NCBI GenBank assembly: GCA_051530055.1
Contig: CM121343.1
Location: 7,442,044 to 7,506,043 of the forward strand
DNA: 64,000 bases
From: Neoechinorhynchus agilis
Lineage: Eukaryota; Animalia; Acanthocephala
Direction of reading: 5' to 3'
Shown: positions 24,848 to 35,971 of the stretch, in pieces
Numbering within the stretch: position 1 is the stretch's first letter
How the letters are laid out: every line of letters begins with the position of its first letter
Program-made: the position numbers and the translations under genes
The notes under the pieces: model-generated
Seen by the model: the letters and a program-made list of their open reading frames with translations, nothing else
What the model was told of the DNA's origin: nothing
Databases searched by the model: none

Positions 24848-26659
24848 ATGGCTAGAACCACTGATCGTCTCCTCCTCTTATCAATCTTTCTGTTATCTCT
24901 GCTACATTGTGGCCACTCGAACACAATCGAACGTACCGGCGAAATCATCGAAGGAATGAAATGCGGCGATGGACGGTCCGAACTTTCATGCATCGCAAAT
25001 ATGTCCGTTCCGGGAGTTGCCGAGAAAATGCGATCTGGCTTGTATTTATCGCAAAGGCGATATCCGTACACTGGTGCTACTTATGACACCATCGATCTTG
25101 TATTCAGCGGAGGGGATATAAACATACAAAGCGGATTCTTTGATTCGATCCATACGGCATATCTGACTGGTACGTCGGAATCTGAAAGCTCCCACAATAC
25201 GAACGATGCATCATCGATCCGTGAAAATCAAGAATTCCAAAAAGCCGGTTCGGATGTACCACTGGAATTCCGAGTGAAGTTCCAAAACTTTGATAGTCTT
25301 CAATTGGGTCCGAAAGCGTTCTCTAATGTTTTCCCAAAAGAGTATTTCAATCATGCAGACGGGAAACCAAGTCGTACGCTCAATATGGTCGTAAATGTTT
25401 ATAACTCCAAAGCTGCTGAAATTAACATCTCATCAGGGGTTTTCGATGGCCTCGTTGTCAGTACCCTCACTATTCACAACGCCGATCTTTCGAGGACTTC
25501 TTATGAGCGTCTATTTGGAAAGACTTCAATTCATGTATTGGATTTGAAAGGCAGCTATATCCACACCGATCCCAATGTTCCATTCGAGGGAAAAATCGAC
25601 AAAGTAAATTTGATAAAGCAGGCTGCCACTCTCGATAGCAATGAATTTCCACGGTATCCCGTCGACTCGTACACTCTAACCGCACAGAATATTCGTTGGA
25701 TTGACGGACAATCTCTAGTGAGCCATGACAATGTCCACCAACTTGAAATTAAAAGTAACAACTGCACTCTCGAGCGTGGTGATCTTCGAGCACTTCGAAA
25801 TCTCCGACACCTCTCAATTGAAGGTGTTAATGTTGAAGGTGGAGCCTTTGATGGTCTAGACAGTCTTGAAAGTATGCACATCGGAGAAGGCGTCAGCGTG
25901 AGTTCCGAGGATGTGAAGGCATTACTTGAGTTGCCGAATCTCGGGCATCTCGATTATGATCCGCGGCTGGGAACCATGAATGAAAAGGAGAAATGTTACC
26001 TTATAACGAGACTTTTGCAAAATCCAAAACTACGGCGTACAACTCAGTGGCAACTTAGTAGTTCAAGAGAGCCATGCTCATGTGAGCATACTATGTTTGC
26101 CCGCTTGAACGGTAACCAACAAAATCCATGCTTTGAAACGAATAGGGACTGTAGGAGCGATTCATGCCCAGCAGTTCGAGACTTTTTCATCGCGGGGGAT
26201 GAAATTGCGACGGTGCCGCAAGGAGAGCAAATAACTGCTCAGATTCTTCACCAGCGCGGTAATCTGGGTGATAATTCCTTTAGTTCTGAAGCTTACGAAG
26301 TTGGTCCAACGTTGGAAACTCGTACTGATGATATTGAACGTGATAATATTGACGACGATGATGTTGATGATGAAGATCGGATCCGTGTCTATACACACAA
26401 AGCAGTAGCAGAAGAAGATACTTACAGCGCTGAACAGTCGAAAGGTAGCCAGAATCTGATGACACCTGCAGCAGTAGCTTTACCGGATGTACCGGCCAAA
26501 AAAGCGACGTTTAACTGGCTACCGATTATCATCATTATCAGTGTTATCGTAGCTCTCGTCTTAATTGGCGTACTTGTGTATCTTGTGCGGAAGCGACGAG
26601 AACGAAATAGGGAATTTAAGCCCATTCCTACAAGTGAGTCAGGTGCAGCCAAGCGATGA
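24848..26659 (+). CDS. Intronless type-I membrane protein with leucine-rich repeats
   Basis: Signal peptide MARTTDRLLLLSIFLLSLLHCGHS. LRRs (LRALRNLRHLSI, AFDGLDSLESMHI, LPNLGHLDY), Cys cap (CSC..C..C..C), acidic stalk, TM WLPIIIIISVIVALVLIGVLVYLV, stop-transfer RKRRER. Alternative ATG at 24794. Confidence 0.85.
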   Translation: MARTTDRLLLLSIFLLSLLHCGHSNTIERTGEIIEGMKCGDGRSELSCIANMSVPGVAEKMRSGLYLSQRRYPYTGATYDTIDLVFSGGDINIQSGFFDSIHTAYLTGTSESESSHNTNDASSIRENQEFQKAGSDVPLEFRVKFQNFDSLQLGPKAFSNVFPKEYFNHADGKPSRTLNMVVNVYNSKAAEINISSGVFDGLVVSTLTIHNADLSRTSYERLFGKTSIHVLDLKGSYIHTDPNVPFEGKIDKVNLIKQAATLDSNEFPRYPVDSYTLTAQNIRWIDGQSLVSHDNVHQLEIKSNNCTLERGDLRALRNLRHLSIEGVNVEGGAFDGLDSLESMHIGEGVSVSSEDVKALLELPNLGHLDYDPRLGTMNEKEKCYLITRLLQNPKLRRTTQWQLSSSREPCSCEHTMFARLNGNQQNPCFETNRDCRSDSCPAVRDFFIAGDEIATVPQGEQITAQILHQRGNLGDNSFSSEAYEVGPTLETRTDDIERDNIDDDDVDDEDRIRVYTHKAVAEEDTYSAEQSKGSQNLMTPAAVALPDVPAKKATFNWLPIIIIISVIVALVLIGVLVYLVRKRRERNREFKPIPTSESGAAKR

Positions 26660-29099
26660 GTTCAACCATCATGAACTCACACTTGAAGTTTCGCACTGAA
26701 TTGTGTAAACCTAACGGAAACAGCACTCACAAAAAACCATAAACCCTGCAGCTCACGCGTGCTCAACACACACACCAAATGTGGATGTGTATCCGTGTGT
26801 TATTGAACATGAGTGAACCCTGAGTGAATTCGAGCGTTCAGGACCTCTTCAGTTCAACATGATGAGTTTATTTTAACTACACTACCCTTCTCTATTGGTT
26901 GTTGGACGAAAACAGCGGTAATCATATAACTCCACTTCGATACATATATATGTAAGCTAATCTAAACTCAACAACGAATGGTCATATAACTCTCACTCTG
27001 TGAACGTTTTATCTTTATCGGTAATGTCCTAAACAATATTGATCAGAAAATCCCGTATCGGCGTTGCATTTGACACGCGGATTTACCCTTCGACCACTTT
27101 ATAATGTTTGCGTAGTAGTGCCAATGATCCTCGGAAAAAAGGAATCGAGTTCTTGTGGAAAAAGTGCTCCTTATGTCTTGCAGTATTTTTCTTGAAGTAA
27201 TTTTGGATGACAATGCGTACATATCGCCTAAGTAAATGGACTGAAATCCCTTTGTTTTGTGAAGCTCCGTGCTATCCAGCATAGGATTCATTGTTTTAAT
27301 TGTCCTCTGTTCGGCTTAATTTAAACATTTGGTATTCTGTTTATTATATTGTTATGCAAGAATTAGAGGCGCCACCAAGGATCCCCATTGGATAAGCATC
27401 AGCTAGGGAAAGGATCAGGATGATTATCTAGATAGTCATTATGGCGTGGATGAAATCATACTTCTGGTCTTTATTGCTTATGATTTTGAAAAGAAAGTTT
27501 ACACCCAAAGGGTCTAATGTGTAACTTTATACTCATTTTTTCAATACTTTTAAACACATGACTAAATCTTTATTACTTTCGCTCTTTTGAGGGCAATGAA
27601 TCCGCATAAAATGACACAAGATCTTGTAAAAGGAAACTGCGATTGAGTTGAATAATGTTATTTTATTTTTTCTCAACGTTAAACCTAATAAAAGAAAGCT
27701 GATTTTACTGTATTTTTCATGATGCTATAAGAATACTTGAAGCAATATTATTGGATGAAATATAATCATGGCGGTTTACTATATGTTTGTTATATATTTT
27801 GAGGATCGTATAATCACTTTCCATCGACAAAGATTTAGGCTTATAACGACTGAATTTCAAAAAGAAGTCAGTTTTTTTGAATTCGACAGATTTTTTCTCT
27901 CTTGACTGACACTAAGAGCAAACTAGGATCGGTGAAGAAATTTCGACTATAAGGCGCCATTGTCGTTGGTTGACTTTAATTATATTTCGGAGTACTTTTA
28001 ACCAATGATCGTGATTTTGGAATGAACTGATTTAGTTAGATTCTTGATTGCTGGAACATACCCGTCACTCATTACGAAGATGTTCTATTCTCATGGTCAT
28101 TTCGTAGCTCTTTATGAAGCAAAAGACTTTTATCGAAAAAATTCGCAGAAATCTTATCTAGACCTTATATCTTCAGTTTTGATAGTTTATTTGGGCTTTA
28201 CAGGCTTGATATTTAATTTGACACTTACAAAATAGAGTTTAGAACCTTGTGATTACCTATCAGCAATCAAAACACTTAGACCGCCGCAATCCTATTACTC
28301 AATTTGAGTAAGGATATCCGAAGTTACCTTCATGCAACATTTCATCTAATTCATCGTTATACTGAAACCTCACGCAACGCAGACGGAAAAGTCTTTAACT
28401 AGAAATTTTCAGTGGCGAGAAGAGAATTGTTGGATAAATAGAAAATAGGTAACAACATCATAATCAGAATGAGTAGTAAAGCGCCGAGAAATCGATTCCG
28501 GAGTTAACCGCGAAATTCCTAGGGTTAATTATTATATAAAATGACAGTTAAAATGTTGTCTATATGTTGTATTCCTGCAGCTGCGAACATGTCTCATTTT
28601 TTTCTTTATATCGAAAACGGGCTCCCTCAACGTGGACGATATACGAAACACAGGAAGGTTATAAACCACAATTTCTTTCAAATACCAACCATTACAGTGG
28701 TGGTAAATACAAACACTCCAGAATACAGAGACCATCAGATCCTCAGGAACGAAGATTTGGAACAGGAAGACGAGTAGGTTCATATCATGAGTGATGATTA
28801 GTCACTGGAAACAATAACTTTCATCTCCAACATTTTCCGGTCGAAAAAACTTGGTGTGGAAATTGCTACGATTCCAATAGTTTGGAAAGCAACAACGACA
28901 GTTTTCCTGGAGCTAATAAAAGTAGAAAATACAAACTTTTTTCTAGGCGGGATGACAATTTCTTCATTTTTTGCAGCATTGATTAAGCCTGCATTTACTG
29001 TTAAAAATAAAAAAGGAAGATATGTGGTTTATTAACATAACCTTCAGAATCTCGGAGCAGAAATCATTCACACCACCGCCCCTCTGGATCACTCGGCTG

Positions 29100-30450
29100 C
29101 CGTTCTGGTGTAACGGTCGAAAGGACGAATGCAGTTAGGAGGAATGCTCCTGATCTCGGATCGCCAGTGATTCGTCTCAATCTCTTAAACAATTGCTTGA
29201 CCAGTTATGCGCCACGGTACCAAACGACCCGAGTGTCTCGACGCCAAAGGAAACGAAATAATGATTTCGACTCAGGTCCCTGTATTTGGTCGTTTTGTGG
29301 TCCTCAGCGGCGGTTTCTGCTATCCGTGGTTTAATGATGGCGAATTTCAGGTCGCTGGCTGCGAATGGCGTCCCAGAAAAGCCATTTTCCATCTCCATAC
29401 CGGAATACTGTTACATTGCCAGGTCAACGGCCATCGAGTCGGAAAAGATCGCCCGACTCTAGAATGTTGGGCGCATTCACAATATTCAGAGCACGACTAA
29501 GAATTGCGTTCACGTCGGCGTGTCGTGAGTACCTCCCGCCTGATTGCCGACAGACGAGACCATGGCGTCCCTACGGATCCACAGTCGCTCCGCAACGGCA
29601 GCGATGGGATGTGCACATCGATACTTAAAGTCTCAGGGACCACTGCAATCCTTACTGTCTCGTCGGAGAGAAGGTTACCCAAAGAAGTGATTGGGATAGC
29701 ATTGAGCCAAGCACCCGATTCCCTTGTAGAGACTGTCGCCAATCGATTTCGGTTCACTAGGTCACCGGACACTGCAATCCTTACTGTCTCGTTCGAGAGA
29801 AGGGTACCCACAGAAGCGATTGGGATAGCATTGAGCCAAGCACCCGATTCCCTTGTAGAGACTGTCGCCAATCGAGTTCGGTTCATTAGGTCACAAGAAT
29901 CTGAAATTAAAGAGTTATGAATTCTCGCTACCAGAAGTTAGTCTCAAACTGATTGTATGCAACCATTGACGGGGACCTGCTCGCTGTCTGAATCTCCACA
30001 CCAAAGATTAAGTGCCTCCACGAAATCCTTATTCAAAGTGTAATTCTCGCCAAGAAAAGACTGAACTATTTTGCGGCTTGCTTCATACGTTCCCAAATAA
30101 GCTGATAGAGATATATCGATTGCTTTTCGGATACCCAAACCGCCGGACGACATAAGCAAGGACGCTTGGGGCCAGGTCTCGTCCAACAGTCGAGTATTTA
30201 AAATTTTCTCGAGAGAGGCTTTTACCGTCCCGTTCGGAGTGGATGACCTATCCCGAACGTGGATAACGGATCCGTAAGTGAATATCGGATCTGGCCGGAG
30301 TGGAGAACGGATCCACAGGATGACGGTCGGCAACAAGCGAGAGGTCGACGACGACAGGTTCTCGAACCAAAATAGCATGAACATGCATTAAAACTGGAGA
30401 TCATTCTATTGAATGATCCTGTCTGTCGTCGTCGACCTCTCGCTTGTTGC
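29100..30450 (-). mobile_element. Degenerate 5'-truncated RLE-type (CRE-like) non-LTR retrotransposon
   Basis: WPQASL..GGLGIR, SGAWLNAIP (twice, from a 129-bp tandem duplication), zinc knuckle HRCRCG..HGLVC..RH..VN, RLE LE..DGR*PG..W, and FGVETLG. Confidence 0.85.
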
Positions 30451-30473
30451 TGACCTCTGTCTCTAAAAATGCG

Positions 30474-31558
30474 CATAGCCAAGTCATAAGACATTTCTAC
30501 ATTAGTTGACGGCTACTCAAATAACGGTTTCAACCACCAAATAAAAAATGTAGTCAGTCGTAAGACATTTCTACATTAGTTGACGGCTACTCAAATAACG
30601 GTTTCAACCACCAAATAAAAAATGCTCATAGCCAAGTCATAAGACATTTCTACATTAGTTGACGGCTACTCAAATAACGGTTTCAACCACCAAATAAAAA
30701 AATGCTCATAGTCAAGTCGTAAGACATTTCTACATTAGTTGACGGCTACTCAAATAACGGTTTCAACCACCAAATAAAAAATGCTCATAGTCAAGTCGTA
30801 AGACATTTCTACATTAGTTGACGGCTACTCAAATAACGGTTTCAACCACCAAATAAAAAAATGCTCATAGCCAAGTCGTAAGACATTTCTACATTAGTTG
30901 ACGGCTACTCAAATAACGGTTTCAACCACCAAATAAAAAATGCTCATAGTCAAGTCGTAAGACATTTCTACATTAGTTGACGGCTACTCAAATAACGGTT
31001 TCAACCACCAAATAAAAAAATGCTCATAGTCAAGTCGTAAGACATTTCTACATTAGTTGACGGCTACTCAAATAACGGTTTCAACCACCAAATAAAAAAT
31101 GCTCATAGCCAAGTCATAAGACATTTCTACATTAGTTGACGGCTACTCAAATAACGGTTTCAACCACCAAATAAAAAAATGCTCATAGCCAAGTCATAAG
31201 ACATTTCTACATTAGTTGACGGCTACTCAAATAACGGTTTCAACCACCAAATATAAAAAATGCTCATAGTCAAGTCGTAAGACATTTCTACATTAGTTGA
31301 CGGCTACTCAAATAACGGTTTCAACCACCAAATAAAAAAATGCTCATAGCCAAGTCATAAGACATTTCTACATTAGTTGACGGCTACTCAAATAACGGTT
31401 TCAACCACCAAATAAAAAAATGCTCATAGTCAAGTCGTAAGACATTTCTACATTAGTTGACGGCTACTCAAATAACGGTTTCAACCACCAAATAAAAAAT
31501 GCGCATAGCCAAGTCATAAGACATTTCTACATTAGTTGACGACTACTCAAATAACGGT
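30474..31558. repeat. 79-80-bp satellite, about 13.5 copies
   Basis: aagacatttctacattagttgacggctactcaaataacggtttcaaccacc recurs with period 79-80 (30641, 30721, 30800). Confidence 0.96.
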
Positions 31559-31564
31559 TAAGTT

Positions 31565-33161
31565 ATGTTAACAATCTTGCTGTTCCTTTTCTCCGTGCCC
31601 ATTGCCTATAATCTTCCGAAAAACGAAAATTTATCTGCGCATTCGAGCAATTATTCATTATCAGCATCAACAACATTATCGCCGATTACCGACGAGAAAT
31701 GGCCCGATAGCTGGTATCTTCACCGATCAGCATATAATATCGAAAGGGTTTGGAACGAGGGTTATACTGGAAAAGGTGTTGTTGTGGGTATAATGGATTT
31801 TGGTATCGAACAAAATCATCCTGATTTAAACGATCGCGTCTTAGCGACACTGCCCAACTCGAGCGTTTTTACTGATCATGGCAATGGCTGTGCCGGAATT
31901 ATAGCTGGGAACCCGGACAACAATATTTGCGGCGTGGGTATAGCCTATGATTCCAAAATCATCAGCTTAAACATACATCAATCATTTGATCTTTTTTCGA
32001 AACAAATGTACCTTACGAAGGAACCTTCGGCTTAGAAAAGCAGCGATGCATAATCTTTCTTGGGCTTATATTCCTTAGCTTAATATCGCTAAATAATGCA
32101 ACGCTGCACAATAAATTCAACGATTGATATTTATAGCATGTCCATTGGCCCTTCTGATGACGGTAGCTCGGTTGCGGAAATACATGAGGATGAACATCGA
32201 ATACTTGCTAATAATGCCCGGTTAGGGCGTAATGGATTAGGATCTTCCTTTGTTATTGCCTCTGGTAATGGTGGTCAATTTTTGGATAATTGTGCTGTCA
32301 ATGAACGAGTGAATTCCCATTACGCGATTGCAGTGGCTGCTATTCTAAGAAACCATTCATCGCCATATTACGCTGAAAAATGTGCCACCATCATGACAAC
32401 TGGATATACCAGCGATGGCTCTTCAAATCAGATAATAACTGCGGGTCTAAATGGTACGTGTCGAGATTTTGATGGTACATCAGCCGTCGCTCCAATGGTA
32501 GCGGCCATTATTGCACTTGGACTTGAAGCAAATCCTCATCTCGACTACAGACAAATCCAGTATTTGGTAGTTATGTCGTCCGTTAAGCATGAGAACATGA
32601 CATCTTATTGGCCTACGGATGAACAATGGTGGAAAAATGGAGCTGGTTATTGGGTAAGTAAATATTTTGGGTTTGGAATTCTTGATCCCAAATCTTTTGT
32701 GGATAACGCCATTTCGATGAAAGGCCGTAAACTGCCAAAATCTAATACCTGTAAAGTTCGAATAGCAGGCTATACTTATCTGCCAAGTGATTCTACGGAA
32801 CGTTTCCGAGTTTATACGAATGCTTGCGATTCATCCTCGTCTGCGATAACCAGTTTGGAACATGTAATTCTAAATGTTAACATCGAACCTTTTGTTTCAA
32901 ATCCTGGACAAAGGGGCAAACTAAGAATTGTGCTTGTCTCCTACCAATAACAGTGTGGAAATGTTGGATATTCGGCCTCTTGACGATGATAGAGTATACG
33001 GATTTAGGAATCATTCATTTACGTCGGTTCTCAATTGGTTCGAAGATCCGAGGGGTTACTGGGAAGCACGAGTATTTAATTCCGATAAAAATGGCTCATT
33101 CAGAGTATCAAAGATAGACATGATGCTGATCGGTGTTAATGGAAATCCTTTGAAAACATGA
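31565..33161 (+). pseudogene. Furin/kexin-family proprotein convertase (S8 plus P domain) with two frameshifts; pseudogene or assembly errors
   Basis: Signal peptide, catalytic D (IMDFG), H (HGNGCAG), oxyanion N (SGNGG), S (GTSAVAP) and a P domain. Probable GT-AG intron at 32008-32078 followed by a 1-nt shift before IDIYS. A 2-nt shift at about 32940 splits LVS/PTN. Confidence 0.75.
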
Positions 33162-33529
33162 AGTATAATGAGTGTTTTAAACTTTGCGGAGATTACGTTT
33201 TGAGAACGAATCCGTCGAAGAAACTCCCTATTTGAATTAATATCCGAATGGGAAATTCGATATTTGTGTGGTCTAATTTTAATGAAAGTAAAAATTGATG
33301 GGGGTAATAAGTCCATTCTTAATTCAAAGCGATATTACCATTTTCTACGTCCATTATTCCATTATTGACAATATAAGAACAGGGATAGGGAAATAGTCAG
33401 TCTGTGGAGCTTACCCAATTATTGATTAAAGAATCGTTCTTAAATAATAGCTAAAAAAGGTTGCGATATACATTGATATTCTCTAGAGAGCAACTCTTTA
33501 CATGACATTTTCCTATAACGGCCATCTTA

Positions 33530-33900
33530 AATTAAGACAAGTTTTCGATTAGTCCACCTCATTCCCTTTTATTGTTTCAACTTGTCCCCAAAATTTGAAG
33601 TAATTTATAGAATCCGATATTTCGGCACATTTGTGTACCTTTATCAAGGTCCAAAATACACACCAAGGAAGTGGATATTCACACTCCCTTAAGTTAAGCT
33701 TGAAGTCTACCTCATTCCCTTCTATTGTTTCAACCTGTCCCCAAAATTTGAAGTAATTTATAGAATCCGATATTTCGGCACATTTGAGTACCTTTATCAA
33801 GGTCCAAAATACACACCTAGGAAATGGATATTCACACTCCCTTAAGTTAAGCTTGAAGTCTACCTCATTCCCTTCTATTGTTTCAACCTGTCCCCAAAAT
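33530..33900 (-). repeat. 153-bp tandem repeat (about 2.3 copies), each with a U3:A8 hammerhead motif
   Basis: Minus strand cc-TTGATAA-A-GGTACA-caaa-TGTGCC-GAAA-TA-TC-gg at 33616-33647; second copy at 33769-33800. Confidence 0.8.
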
Positions 33901-33904
33901 CCAA

Positions 33905-34500
33905 CCTGAACTCACTTCGAGCCAAAATGGTGGCGTGGTTGATGTTCAGTAAGTGGTTTGCTGTGTAAAATGGTTGAGTATGGCAGAACGGGCGTCAGTG
34001 CCTCTCATCAGAGCATATTTATGTTTCTTCATTTTTTAAAAGTTGCTTGTTTTGCCTGGATAGGATTTATTACATTTGGTGCATGGAATTCTGTAAACAA
34101 CACCTTTGCTTCCATGTTCATCTCGTTTCTTAATCATGGAGCTAAATGGTTTAACTTTCTTGGTGTAGATAGAACAATTTAAGTCTTGGGACGCAGGGTT
34201 TTTTTATCAGACCATTAATTGTTGTGAAGAACTCTTCGTTGAAGAATGATGTGCCCATGAATGTCCACCATGTCGACTCCTGGAAAACAACTTTCCTTCC
34301 ATAAAAGACTCTTGCAGTGTGATAATAGGCCACACATCGATATAAGTTACCGGCTGGCCAATCTTCATAAAAAATCTCTTTTCCGTTGCTCTTAAAGTCA
34401 CATTCGGCAGTTTTTCAATTCTCTCCATGATCAACGCCCTTAGGATGCCCACAGTTTCATTCATAAGAACAACTGTTCATTGCTGATGTATAGGCCGATC
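33905..34500 (-). mobile_element. Decayed Penelope-like element fragment (RT C-terminus plus GIY-YIG)
   Basis: PVTYIDV (about LPFLDV), then KGVVYRIPCTKCNKSYPGKT and SAILNHF in shifting frames. Confidence 0.65.
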
Positions 34501-35091
34501 ATCCCTGCGATGAGCAGCCCTGGGTACCGGTTCTCAAAACTTTTAGCTACACCGATGACTCACAACCAAAAAAAGGGGCGATTTAGCGTTGAAGGAGGAA
34601 ACTCACTGATGAGTCCCGCCTTCTCGGGAGTTATCTAAGGATCTAGAGGGATGCAAAAATTCATAACCGTATGTTTTTGAGCGGCTAAGTGATTCGATCA
34701 CTTCTATGCTCCAAGTATGTGCCTAAAAGGAAAAAGCCGAGTAATGGATGTTCTAAACACTTAATTAACATAACCTGCTTGCCAGTAGACATTAGAGCAA
34801 ACACCTCTATTTAATTTTCTTTATTTTGTTTGGTGATATAGTAATTGATTTATTTTTACCCTTCCACAATACTTCGTCCGTATCCTCTTCAACTTTCGTT
34901 TCGCGCGAAAAAACTAAAGTTTAATCTTTTGTTAAATTAAACGTGAGAAGTAATGCGTGATGTGACAAAACGCAAGAAGGTGCATTCTTTTTTCGACAAC
35001 TGAAAACAAGATTTCTTATTTGTCCCTCTTTATTGCAATCTTCAATTGATTTTATTCTGTAGAGAGCAAAAATGAGCTTATTGGTTTAATT

Positions 35092-35500
35092 TTATAGACC
35101 TCGAATCAAGATAGCGAGTGCGATTTCCATGGAACTATTTTTTACTAACTGTAAATCTTTAAGCTCTCTCTCTGCACAAAGAATCGTTGCGAGATTGTCA
35201 TCACGGAGTTGAAAAGTGTCCTTAAATGCGTATAAGAGAAACAAAGAAGGACGTAAATACCTGACATTCGATGAATTTATTGATAGATTCATTGAGCCTT
35301 TTCATAAAAATCCTTAAGGCATTCGCTTATAATCGAAATTGGTGCTATGTTTATTCTCGTACCAGAGAAGAAGGTTCAGTTATGAGGACGATGAAATGTT
35401 TAAGCGCGTTGCATACGACCGCAGGAACAACTGCAATAACCTAAATTAATTTTGCTGGATAAAGCCTGATAAAGGATTACAAGATCATGAAAGTGCGCTT
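35092..35500 (-). CDS. Possible 3' exons of an unidentified gene
   Basis: An intron-like segment gtatttac...catttaag joins ...RIFMKRLNESINKFIECQ to DTFQLRDDNLATIL...IRGL*. Upstream exons are unresolved and no family is recognised. Confidence 0.3.
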
Positions 35501-35971
35501 AATAATGAGCATCTACTTGTTTCAGCGATGGGATATTCCAAAACATCTTACATTACAGTATTGACGACTACAATCATTGAAATGGATATCAGTGGATAAA
35601 ATTCAATGAAGAATTACGAGAACCAGAAAAGTGTACTTAATTATTAGGTCGAGGAATTATGCTAGAACGCCATACATTACAGCAGAAATAACTGCATTAA
35701 TTTCATCTGATATCATTAAATGAATCGGATCATTATTGGAGACTAAAAAGGTTAGACAAATATTTAAGAAAAATAGAAGCCCTATATAAGCTTAATAGAT
35801 TTGACAATGTTCTAAATGTTAGTAAAAGCGATGCATAAATTTGTATGAAAATCACAGAACGGTAGAATGTGATTAAGAGTGAGAAATGCGCCTGACTTAT
35901 GGGAATAATGATGGGTGAATGAAAATGGCATTGAATAGAGTTTATAGTTATTATTACCTTACTTGGAACAT

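Noticed and set aside
28044-29020. Possible small gene upstream of the RLE fragment
   Set aside because: Several partial frames look protein-like, but no coherent spliced ORF or family could be built.
34607-34636. Hammerhead-like CTGATGAGTCCC...GGGA
   Set aside because: GAAA is missing after the helix, and the homologous copy at about 54230 does not keep the helix.
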